NCBI GenBank assembly: GCA_963666985.2 | Contig: CAXXIA010000001.1 | Location: forward strand, 736,001 to 800,000 | Source: Spirochaetia bacterium | GTDB lineage: Bacteria > Spirochaetota > Spirochaetia > DSM-2461 | Reading direction: 5' to 3' | Length of the DNA stretch: 64,000 bases | Shown here: positions 1-8,800 of the stretch, piece after piece | Layout: each line of letters begins with the position of its first letter | Position numbering within the stretch: position 1 is the first letter of the stretch | Notes under the pieces: generated by a model | Databases searched by the model: none | What the model saw: the letters and a program-made list of their open reading frames with translations, nothing else | Told to the model about the DNA's origin: nothing | Program-made: the position numbers and the translations under genes

Positions 1-1072
1 ATAATGCTTTGCAGGAAAGCATGGCTCCCGTAGCGCCCAGAGGATGTCCCAGCGCCATTGCGCCGCCCCAGGGATTAACCTTTTCGGGATTCAGTCCCAG
101 AGTACGGATACAGGCCAGAGCCTGAGACGCGAAGGCTTCGTTCAGCTCGATAACATCCATATCGGCCGCTGAAAGTCCGGTTTTCTTCAATACTTTCGGA
201 ATGGCTTCAATCGGACCTATTCCCATGATTTCCGTCGGAACACCGGCGGTGGCATAGGAAATGAGCCGCGCCAAGGGCCGAATCCCTTTCTCGGCGGCTT
301 TGTCGGCGCTCATCAATACGGCAAACCCCGCTCCGTCCGTCATCTGAGAGGAGGTTGCCGCCGTAACGATTCCATCTTCCTTGAAACATGGAACCAATTC
401 GGCGAGAGCTTCCATTGTGGTCGCGGGGCGAATCCCTTCGTCGCGAATTATCGCTGGATTGGTTCCGTTTTCGTCCGGTACGGTAACCGGAATAACGTGA
501 TCGTCAAAGAAGCCGGCCTTCTGAGCCTCGGCCGCCCGCCGATGGCTCTCCACGGCCATGGATTCCATTTCTTCGCGTGTGATTCCGTACTCTTGCGCAA
601 CATTCTCAGCCGTCAATCCCATGGCGATATAGGCGCCCGGCCGGTTTTTTTCCAGCCAGGGATTGAATGTTTCGGGAGAGGGCGCCATGGGTACCAGACT
701 CATTGATTCCACGCCGCCCGCGACGATGATCTCTTCTTCTCCGCATCGAATACTGTTATTGGCGGATGCGATGGCCTGGAGTCCCGAAGAACAAAATCGA
801 TTAATCGTTTGAGAAGAAACACTGTCCGGAAATTCGGCTCTCTGTAAAATGAGCTTGGAAATATTCCAGCCCTGAACACCGAAGGGCATCGCACAGCCGA
901 CGATAACATCGTCGATTTCCTTCGGATGCAGCGAGGGGATTTTTTTGAGAACTCCCGTAAGCGCCTGTGCTCCAAATTCAACGGGATGAAGGTTCGAAAA
1001 AGATCCCTTTTTTGCCTTTGCGCATGCGGTTCTTCCGTACGCGACAATAACGGCATCATTCGATTTAAGCAT
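1..1072 (-). CDS. Thiolase (acetyl-CoA C-acetyl/acyltransferase), 3' end beyond window start
   Basis: Manual translation from ATG at 1072: MLKSNDAVIVAYGRTACAKAKKGSFSNLHPVEFG...INRFCSSGLQA...ELNEAFASQ...NPWGGAMALGHPLGATG, containing the thiolase catalytic Cys, NEAF and GHPxGA motifs. Absent from the ORF track because the stop is off-window. Confidence 0.95.
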   Translation of the reverse strand, partial: MLKSNDAVIVAYGRTACAKAKKGSFSNLHPVEFGAQALTGVLKKIPSLHPKEIDDVIVGCAMPFGVQGWNISKLILQRAEFPDSVSSQTINRFCSSGLQAIASANNSIRCGEEEIIVAGGVESMSLVPMAPSPETFNPWLEKNRPGAYIAMGLTAENVAQEYGITREEMESMAVESHRRAAEAQKAGFFDDHVIPVTVPDENGTNPAIIRDEGIRPATTMEALAELVPCFKEDGIVTAATSSQMTDGAGFAVLMSADKAAEKGIRPLARLISYATAGVPTEIMGIGPIEAIPKVLKKTGLSAADMDVIELNEAFASQALACIRTLGLNPEKVNPWGGAMALGHPLGATGAMLSCKAL

Positions 1073-1089
1073 ACTGATTCTCTTTCTTT

Positions 1090-2499
1090 TTACTTGAGGT
1101 TGTACTGATTCATTTTCTGATAAAGGACATTACGCGAAATGCCTAAGAGCTCCGCTGTTCTCACCCGATTTCCTTCGGCCGCGGTCAGAGCATCCTTAAC
1201 AAGCTCGCGTTCGAAAACACGCTTGGCGGACTTGAGATGATAAACGGACGTTTCAGGTGATGATGTGCGATTCTTTACATACATTCGCTTGATGAGCCGA
1301 TCAAAATCTTTTTTCCGCAGAGTAGGCGAATCGGCCATATTCATCGCGCTTTCGATGACGTTCTGCAATTCCCTGACATTCCCCGGCCAGTCGTGTTCCA
1401 ACAGAATATTCATGACTTCCGGTTCCACGCTTTCGATAACCATTCCAAGTTGAAGATTCAGCTTTTGGATCAGGTGCGTTACCAACAAGGGGATATCTTC
1501 TTTCCTGGAGCGCAGAGGCTCGGCTTGAATCCGGATGACATTCAATCGAAAAAACAAATCGCTTCGAAATTGACCGATTTCCACAAGATTTTCCAAAGAT
1601 ACATTCGAAGCCGCGATAACGCGAACATCGATGGGAACGCTTTTATTTCCGCCCACCGGATCAACTTCCATTTCCTGTATGACTCGGAGAAACTTCGGCT
1701 GCATCGTCGCCGTAAGAAGATTAACTTCGTCAAGGAAGATCGATCCGCCGTCGGCAAGTTCAAATCGTCCTATTTTTCCTCTCTTCGAGGCACCGGTAAA
1801 AGCTCCCGCGGCATACCCGAAGAATTCGGATTCCATAAGATCGCCCGGAATAGCGGAACAGTTGACCCGAACAAACCGGGATGTTCTTCGGGGGCTTGCG
1901 GCATGAATGGCATGAGCGATCAATTCCTTACCGCAGCCTGTTTCCCCTTCGATAAGAACGGTTGAGGATGATCGGGCCGCCTGAATAATCTGTTCCTTTA
2001 AATGACGAATCGATTCGCTTTTCCCGATGATATTGTCCAATCCGTAACGGGCTCCGCGTTCTCGGGAAAGCTCATGTTTATAGAAATCCAACTCACGCGT
2101 CAGCGTGTTGATTTGCTGAATGACTTGCTGAGCATTCGTCAATCCGTTGATAATGACATAAAGGAAAACACCGGACACGGTACCGTCGGGCGCGAATCGG
2201 GGAATATATGTGGTAAATGCCGGGATTTGCCGGCAGCATACCGGATTGCCGAAAACCGGCTTTCCCGTGCGAAGAACCTCACCGGCGGCCGTGTCGGGGA
2301 TAATGTCCCAAACTCTTTGTCCGATAACCTCATCGGCTGAAAATCCCGTATATCGTTCCCAGCCGGGACTGACGAAGGTGTACAGTCCTTCGCCGTCCAG
2401 TACCGCCATGATGAGATCGTTGATGAATTCCATTGCGGTTTCATGATCCAAACATTTCCGCAATGCGCATCCCCCTCTTTCCCGTTTACCGTATTCCAT
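1090..2499 (-). CDS. Sigma54-dependent enhancer-binding protein (PAS - AAA+ - Fis-type HTH)
   Basis: Walker A GETGCGKE, GAFTGA loop, FLDEV, WPGNVRELQN, C-terminal HTH (AELLGISRNVLYQKM), N-terminal PAS-like region. True start may be TTG at 2463 (SD GAGGGGG 7 nt upstream; TATAAT at 2501-2506). Confidence 0.95.
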   Translation of the reverse strand: MEYGKRERGGCALRKCLDHETAMEFINDLIMAVLDGEGLYTFVSPGWERYTGFSADEVIGQRVWDIIPDTAAGEVLRTGKPVFGNPVCCRQIPAFTTYIPRFAPDGTVSGVFLYVIINGLTNAQQVIQQINTLTRELDFYKHELSRERGARYGLDNIIGKSESIRHLKEQIIQAARSSSTVLIEGETGCGKELIAHAIHAASPRRTSRFVRVNCSAIPGDLMESEFFGYAAGAFTGASKRGKIGRFELADGGSIFLDEVNLLTATMQPKFLRVIQEMEVDPVGGNKSVPIDVRVIAASNVSLENLVEIGQFRSDLFFRLNVIRIQAEPLRSRKEDIPLLVTHLIQKLNLQLGMVIESVEPEVMNILLEHDWPGNVRELQNVIESAMNMADSPTLRKKDFDRLIKRMYVKNRTSSPETSVYHLKSAKRVFERELVKDALTAAEGNRVRTAELLGISRNVLYQKMNQYNLK

Positions 2500-2580
2500 G
2501 ATTATACAGCAACTTTTTCCCCGGATAACCGTGTCGTTGCCGGTGTACCTTTATTTTGTTCGCCGATATGGTTCTGCGGA

Positions 2581-4548
2581 TTATGAATACTTCTTTGCCG
2601 CCGCGGAACCTTTTTCCGTAATTCTTAACTTGCGCTTAAACAAACCTTTTTCCACGATATACCCCTGACGGGTCAGATGAGCGGAAATGGCGGCCATATG
2701 CATTGATTTAATCGAATGCTTTTTCACGAAATCGGCCTGATTCTCCGGATTGTTTTCCACCAGATTAAGGAGTTCGATATAAACGGGCGTGAGTCCTTCC
2801 TGCGCCATCTCGGCTTCGGAACCCTTCAAACCCGGAAGAGCGGCCGAGCCTTTTTCCGTGATGGAAAAAGTAAAGAACTTAATGCCGTTTTTCCCTTCTC
2901 TGACAATGTATCCGCCTTTATCAAGTGTTTCGATCGCGGCCGATGAGGTTTTTGAGTCGACGCCGAGCGTATCGGTAATATCCGACATATAGAGATGTCC
3001 GACACGGATTAATTGAAGAACTTGCTTCGCCATGTCGTCCAATTCCACATTGATTCGATTGGAATCGGTGGGAACCAGTTCCCAATTCTTTTCTCCGTAA
3101 TATTTCGGTTTGTCCGTCAAGGTGGCGATAACGGCGACAACAAGAGTAATAATAAATCCAAACGTTGCCAGGAAAATGTGCTGGTTAATTTGGAAAACAT
3201 GAAGAATTGTTCCCAGGACGGTGAAAGTCGCCATGGAAATCATTCCCGCCGAAGCGCCCCAGAGAGCTCCTCGGGCATTGAAGCGGGGCCATACGGCGCC
3301 CAATCCCAACAGAATCGCCGGGGGAACCAGCCAGCAGTTGGAGAAGGCGAACAGGTATGTGGGACCGCCCGGGAATTGACAAAGAATCCAGGTGAGAACG
3401 CCGATGGCGACCATGATATATTTGGAAGCCCTCAGTCCCTGTTCTTTCGTGGCATTGGAATTGATGAGGCGCTGATAAATATCGCGGGTTGCCACCGCGG
3501 AAGCTCCGAGAGTGGCCGTGGAGGCGGTAGAAATGGAAGCGGCAACGGCTCCGATAACGAAGAATGATCCCAAAAAGGGTACGAACACTTTAACGATAAC
3601 ACCATAGGCGGCCGTTTGAGGTAAGCTTCCGCCTCCGGGAATGAAGCTGTCTCCGAAAAAGGCGCCCGCGTAAGCTCCCACGATGCCTAAAGGAATCATG
3701 AAAAGAAGAGACAGGATGACGGCGGCCAGAACGAAAGACTTTCTTGCGACTTTTTCGCTTCGGCAGGAAGCCACTTTCATCCAGTAGTAGTTGTTTCCCC
3801 AGACAAGAGCGGCGGCGAAGCAGATGATGAAATTCAATATGGACGGATAGGTTAATTTTCCTCCCGGCAGCTTGGCTCCGCCGATACCGGCGGCGACGAA
3901 GTTCCCGCCGGGCCAAGCGGCGTTAATCGCATCGAAACCGCCGAATTTCTTGATAAGGAGAGTCAGAAGAAGCGGAACGGCCACAACACCGATAACAACC
4001 TGGAAAAAGTCGGTGATGGTCGCGGCCCAGAGACCGGAAATAAACGTAAAGCCGATAATGATTATGAAAATAACGGCGACGATGATAATCTGATTCCATC
4101 CTGTGAATCCCGTGATTGTATTGGCACAGGAGACGATGTTGTTGGCAAGAATGCCGGTCATGCCGATTACGCTGGTAATCGCGACGACGGAGCGGACCGT
4201 GCTGTTGTATCTCATTTCAAGATATTCGGGCAGGGTTTGAGCGCCGCAGCGGCGGATAAACCGGGCAAAGACCAAGCCGAACAGCATGAGACCGCAGATC
4301 GCGTAGATCAATCCCCAAAACAGGGATGCTCTGTATCCCATTAAAACGGTGAAACCCGGTGCGAGCGCGATGGTCGTACCGGCGAATCCGATGGCGCAGA
4401 CTCCCATCATGTTGATGACAGTCGACACTTCGCGTCCGGCAAGAATGAAGTCGGAAGACTCGGACACCCAGCGTTTTGAGTAAATGCCGGCGCCTACGAG
4501 AATCGAAGCGAAGACGATGAACATGATCAGGAAAATGGTTGTTGTCAT
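2581..4548 (-). CDS. Sodium:solute symporter (SSS/SLC5) with C-terminal tandem winged-helix domains
   Basis: Multi-TM protein with DFILAGR, TLPEYLEMRY, TDFFQ and RDIY SSS-like motifs. Soluble ~170-aa tail holds two ~80-aa repeats ending GYIV..G......ITEKGSAA. Confidence 0.88.
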   Translation of the reverse strand: MTTTIFLIMFIVFASILVGAGIYSKRWVSESSDFILAGREVSTVINMMGVCAIGFAGTTIALAPGFTVLMGYRASLFWGLIYAICGLMLFGLVFARFIRRCGAQTLPEYLEMRYNSTVRSVVAITSVIGMTGILANNIVSCANTITGFTGWNQIIIVAVIFIIIIGFTFISGLWAATITDFFQVVIGVVAVPLLLTLLIKKFGGFDAINAAWPGGNFVAAGIGGAKLPGGKLTYPSILNFIICFAAALVWGNNYYWMKVASCRSEKVARKSFVLAAVILSLLFMIPLGIVGAYAGAFFGDSFIPGGGSLPQTAAYGVIVKVFVPFLGSFFVIGAVAASISTASTATLGASAVATRDIYQRLINSNATKEQGLRASKYIMVAIGVLTWILCQFPGGPTYLFAFSNCWLVPPAILLGLGAVWPRFNARGALWGASAGMISMATFTVLGTILHVFQINQHIFLATFGFIITLVVAVIATLTDKPKYYGEKNWELVPTDSNRINVELDDMAKQVLQLIRVGHLYMSDITDTLGVDSKTSSAAIETLDKGGYIVREGKNGIKFFTFSITEKGSAALPGLKGSEAEMAQEGLTPVYIELLNLVENNPENQADFVKKHSIKSMHMAAISAHLTRQGYIVEKGLFKRKLRITEKGSAAAKKYS

Positions 4549-4609
4549 AATAACCCCTTTTCGTTTTTAGAAATCACCGGTTTAAAAAATCAAACCGGTA
4601 AATGTCGTG

Positions 4610-5377
4610 TTAATCCAGAATGGCTACGGCACGGCACCAGCCGGCGGATGCTTTCTTGATATTTATAGGGAGACAATGAACGGTAAATCCGGTGAGAGGA
4701 AGTTTGTCCAAATTCGTCAGTTTCTCAATATGACAATAAGCCTTATCCCGACCGACGCGGTGGGCTTCCCAAATGATGGAAGGATCATGATTTTGGGAAA
4801 ATTCCTCTCCTTCAAAAGGAAGGGGAACGTCCCAGCTCCAGCCGTCGGTACCGACGACTTTCACGCCGCGGTCGAGAAGCCACATCGTCGATTCGTAGCT
4901 CATGCCGGCTCCGGCCGAGAGATATTTCGGTGTTCCCCAATGTGCGTCGGCTCCGGTTCGCAGGAGAACGATATCTCCTTCCTGCGGAATGTAATTCACG
5001 CTGTTGAAATATTCTTCAACGTCGGCCGCGCTGATTTTGTATCCGTCAGGCTTCGACGAAAAGTCCATTTTTACACCGTTCCCGATACACCATTCCAGAG
5101 GGACTTGATCGATGGTCCATGCCGCCTCCCCGCCGTTTTGCGTGGGATAATAGTGCCACGGAGCGTCGATATGGGTTCCCGAATGAGTACAAACCTGTAA
5201 AAAGTCGATGGCCCAGCCGTTTCCTTCCGGTAAATCATCGACGGTCGCGCCTTTGAAGAAACCGGCCATTTGTTCGGCCGTTTCTTTATGATTTAAATAT
5301 TGAATCTTCGGTATCTGCATGGGAGGGTCGCTCGGCAGACCGTCTTCGAGCGCAATTGATAAGTCAATAATTTTCAT
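4610..5377 (-). CDS. Cyclase-family metal-dependent amidohydrolase (KynB/isatin hydrolase-like)
   Basis: IIDLS start, HSGTHIDAPWH metal motif, LLRTG, VGTD, HIEKLTNL, RAVAI end. Confidence 0.9.
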   Translation of the reverse strand: MKIIDLSIALEDGLPSDPPMQIPKIQYLNHKETAEQMAGFFKGATVDDLPEGNGWAIDFLQVCTHSGTHIDAPWHYYPTQNGGEAAWTIDQVPLEWCIGNGVKMDFSSKPDGYKISAADVEEYFNSVNYIPQEGDIVLLRTGADAHWGTPKYLSAGAGMSYESTMWLLDRGVKVVGTDGWSWDVPLPFEGEEFSQNHDPSIIWEAHRVGRDKAYCHIEKLTNLDKLPLTGFTVHCLPINIKKASAGWCRAVAILD

Positions 5378-5429
5378 TCTGGCTTCTCCTGGAACTGTTG
5401 ATAAGAAATTGAGATCTCAGGAGTTTTAA

Positions 5430-5445
5430 AGCAAAAAATGTGCCA
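5430..5445 (-). promoter_or_regulatory. Sigma54 (-24/-12) promoter for the cyclase operon
   Basis: Minus strand TGGCACATTTTTTGCT matches TGGCAC-N5-TTGC; about 50 nt upstream of the cyclase ATG; an enhancer-binding protein gene lies in the same cluster. Confidence 0.88.
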
Positions 5446-5524
5446 TCCGATATTCGTCCGGCGTGTTTTCTTTCCTGTTAAAAAATTGTAATCTTTCTTC
5501 GATTCCGCAAGGCTGGAAGAGAAG

Positions 5525-5644
5525 TGTAATGAAAAGAATACACCAAGAAAGAGCCTTTGAAGAATAATCTAATCAAATCATTATGTAATAACGAAATATT
5601 TTAAAATGTAATGTTTTTATTACGCAGACTCTCTTTTTATTACA
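5525..5644. promoter_or_regulatory. Candidate upstream activator sites (TGTAAT-N6-ATTACA-like palindromes)
   Basis: TGTAATGAAAAGAATACA (5525-5542) and TGTAATGTTTTTATTACG (5607-5624), plus half sites at 5487, 5584 and 5639, roughly 40-200 bp upstream of the -24 box. Confidence 0.55.
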
Positions 5645-5666
5645 TTTTTGTCGCATCCATCCTCCG

Positions 5667-5696
5667 TTGACTGTCCGGAAAGGACGGGAGTATGCT
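5667..5696 (+). promoter_or_regulatory. Sigma70-type promoter of the pur operon
   Basis: TTGACT-N18-TATGCT upstream of the riboswitch. Confidence 0.5.
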
Positions 5697-5754
5697 TCCG
5701 ATATTGGACGGTTAAATAAGGCGTAATCCTTTAAAAAAATTAAGAGACTAAAAA

Positions 5755-5819
5755 GTCCATATAATCCCGCGATACGGGCGGAAGTTTCTACGGATCGCCG
5801 TAAACGATCCACTATGGGC
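5755..5819 (+). ncRNA. Purine (guanine-sensing) riboswitch aptamer
   Basis: GTCCATA-TAAT-cccgc-GATACGG-gcgga-AGTTTCTAC-ggatcg-CCGTAAA-cgatcc-AC-TATGGGC: P1/P2/P3, kissing-loop GG/CC and C at the specificity position; directly upstream of purL. Confidence 0.95.
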
Positions 5820-5878
5820 GAACGGCCGCAACCTGCGTGTCTGGTGCGGGTGTTCCCCATTTATAATTCGGGGGAATG

Positions 5879-8800
5879 ATGGCCGAAACCTTAAAATTAT
5901 ACATCGAGCGAAAAGACGGACGCGATTCGGAGGCCCTTGATTCGGCGGCCGAGATTCGATCCGCCCTGGGACTCAGCGGACTCGAAAAAATTCGCTTAAT
6001 CACCGAATACGAAGTTGCGGGATTAACATCCGACCTGCTGAACGCGGCGGCTCCCGGTCTTCTTTATGAACCGCCTTCGGATATCGCGAAGGAATCTTTA
6101 ACCGTATCCGGTCCGGTCATCGCGCGCGAGTACCTTCCGGGGCAGTTCGACCAGCGGGCGGATTCGGCGGCCCGAGGACTCCGGCTTCTTTACCCGGATC
6201 GCACTATCGAAGTGCGCAGGGCCGATATCCTTATTCCCGTCGGCAATCTCTCGGAGGAAGATCTCAACAGAATCAGGGATTGGGTGATTAATCCCGTCGA
6301 TTCCCGTGTGAAAATCCTTGGCGACTCATCCCTCGGCGAAGAGGCGCCTCGGCCGGAGTCCATACCGATACTGAAGGGATTCCGGAAGCTGGATGATGCG
6401 GGACTCAAGCGGATCAAAAAAGAAGAAGGTCTTGCACTGGAACCCGAAGATTTGGAGTTCATCCGGATATGGTTTGATGAAAACGAACAGCGGGATCCAA
6501 CTCTGGCGGAACTCCGGGCTTTGGATACATACTGGTCGGATCATTGCAGGCATACGACTTTTGAAACCGAACTTCTGGAAATCAAGGTGGCCGACGGGCC
6601 GGAAGCCGATGAAATTCAGGCGGCTTTGAAGGATTGGGAGGCGGCCAGGGCCTTATGCGGACGGGAGGAAAAACCGAGGACTCTGATGGATTTGGCCACC
6701 GTCTCGGCACGCTGCGCCCGTTTCGAGGGAACACTGGAAGATTGGGACATCTCCGAAGAAATTAACGCCTGTACATTGAAAGTGAACGCGGACATAGACG
6801 GGAAGCGAGTTCCCTGGCTTCTTTCCTTCAAGAATGAAACTCACAATCATCCGACCGAAATCGAGCCCTACGGCGGTGCTTCAACCTGTTTGGGCGGTGC
6901 GGTCCGCGATCCTCTTTCGGGACGCGCGTATGTTCATCAGGCTCTGCGGGTAACGGGCGGCGCCGATCCCCGGCAAAATCCGCGGGAAACAAGAAAGGGC
7001 AAACTTCCGCAGCGTCTTATCGCTCACGGCGCCGCCGAAGGATACTCAGGCTACGGAAATCAGCTCGGATTGGCCACGACGATCGTCCGTGAGCATTATC
7101 ATCCGCTCTATGAAGCAAAGAGGCTGGAATGCGGCGCCGTTATGGGCGCCTGCCCCGCGGCGAATGTCGTCAGAGAAGTACCGCAGGCCGGTGATGTCGT
7201 GATTCTGGTAGGCGGCAAAACGGGACGGGACGGTATCGGCGGGGCCACGGGTTCTTCGGTTGCCCATGACGGCGGATCTCTGGAAAAGGCGGGTGCCGAG
7301 GTTCAGAAAGGCAATGCTCCCGAGGAGCGGAAAATCCAGAGACTCTTCAGAAATCCCCAAGCATCAAAATTGATTCGGCGGTGTAATGATTTCGGCGCCG
7401 GAGGCGTGGCGGTCGCGGTCGGAGAGCTGGCCGACGGACTGGAGATTAATCTGGATGCCGTCCCCGTGAAGTATTCGGGGCTGAACGGATTGGAGCTGGT
7501 TCTTTCGGAATCCCAGGAGCGGATGGCCGTGGTGGTTTCGCCGGAGGATGCCGAGACGTTCATCGGTTTGGCCGCGGGGGAGAATCTTGAAGCCGTCGCG
7601 GTGGCGCGGGTAACCGATGATAGGCGCCTTCGCATGAACTGGCGCGGCGATACGATCATCGATCTGGATCGGGATTTATTGGACACGGCCGGAGTGCGAA
7701 GAACGGCGAAGGCTTTTGTTCCTGCGGATAGGCGGGAGGATGGCGGGAGCCGGGAGCCGGGAGCCGGAGGTCGCAAAGCGGGCGCCGAGAGAAGCGGCGG
7801 TGAGCGGTGTGAAGGATTCGGCGGCGCATGCGGCGGCGCGGCCGATCTCTTATCGGTGCTTTGCGCGCCTGAAATCGCTTCCCGCCGAGGCTTGGAAGAG
7901 CGCTTCGACGGGACCGTCGGCGGGGGAACGGTTCTGGCGCCTCACGGAGGATTCCGGCAGGCGGTTCCGGCCGAGGCTTCGGTTCATCTTCTGCCCGCCG
8001 ACGGCGAAGTGGGCACCGCGGGCATTATGAGTATCGGTTTTGATCCGGCATTGGCTTCGATGAGTCCGTTTCGCGGCGGACAATACGCCCTTATCGAAGC
8101 TCTGGCCCGAATGTGCGCTGCCGGAGGCCCATGGAGAAACGCACGATTCAGTCTACAAGAGTTTTTCGGCCGAACGGATAAAGGCCCTGAGGCTTGGGGA
8201 CGGCCTCTTGCGGCGCTGTTGGGTGCCTTAACGGTTCAACGCCGATGGAATCTTCCGGCCATCGGCGGGAAGGACAGCATGAGCGGCAGCTTCGAGGAAC
8301 TGGATGTTCCTCCCACGATGATCGCTTTTGCCGCCGCGGCCATGGAGGCGAAAAAGGCCGTGGGAGCATCGCTTCCCGGAAGCGGATTGACTCTTGTTTT
8401 GGTTAACGAGAGTGCGGGCTCGGGCGGCGGAGCGGAGACGTTCTCGGCGCCTGATTTTGATGTGTTGGCGGCCGGCTGGGACTGGATCGGAACGCTGAAT
8501 GAGAGGGGAGTTCTTCAGGCGGGCGCTTCGGTCGGTCCGGGAGGACCTCTTGCGAAGCTTGCCGTGATGGCATTGGGAAATCTCGTGGGTGTGGAGCTGG
8601 ATGATGAGCCCGGAGCCGCGCCGGAGAGGACAAAGGGGACGGGGCCGTTTGCGGCCGATTACGGGGCGCTGATTATCGCTGTTGAAGGTTCCCTCGACGG
8701 ATTGCTTTCCGAAGCCGCCGAGAGGGGTGTGCGCTTTCGAGTTCTGGGGAAAACCATTGATGAGGCGGTTTTCAAATGGCCGGGAGGGAGCTTGACGCTT

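Noticed and set aside
700..1059. ORF-track 119-aa ORF suggesting a fragmented or frameshifted thiolase
   Set aside because: The thiolase reads in one frame from 1072 to the window edge; this ORF is an alternative frame.
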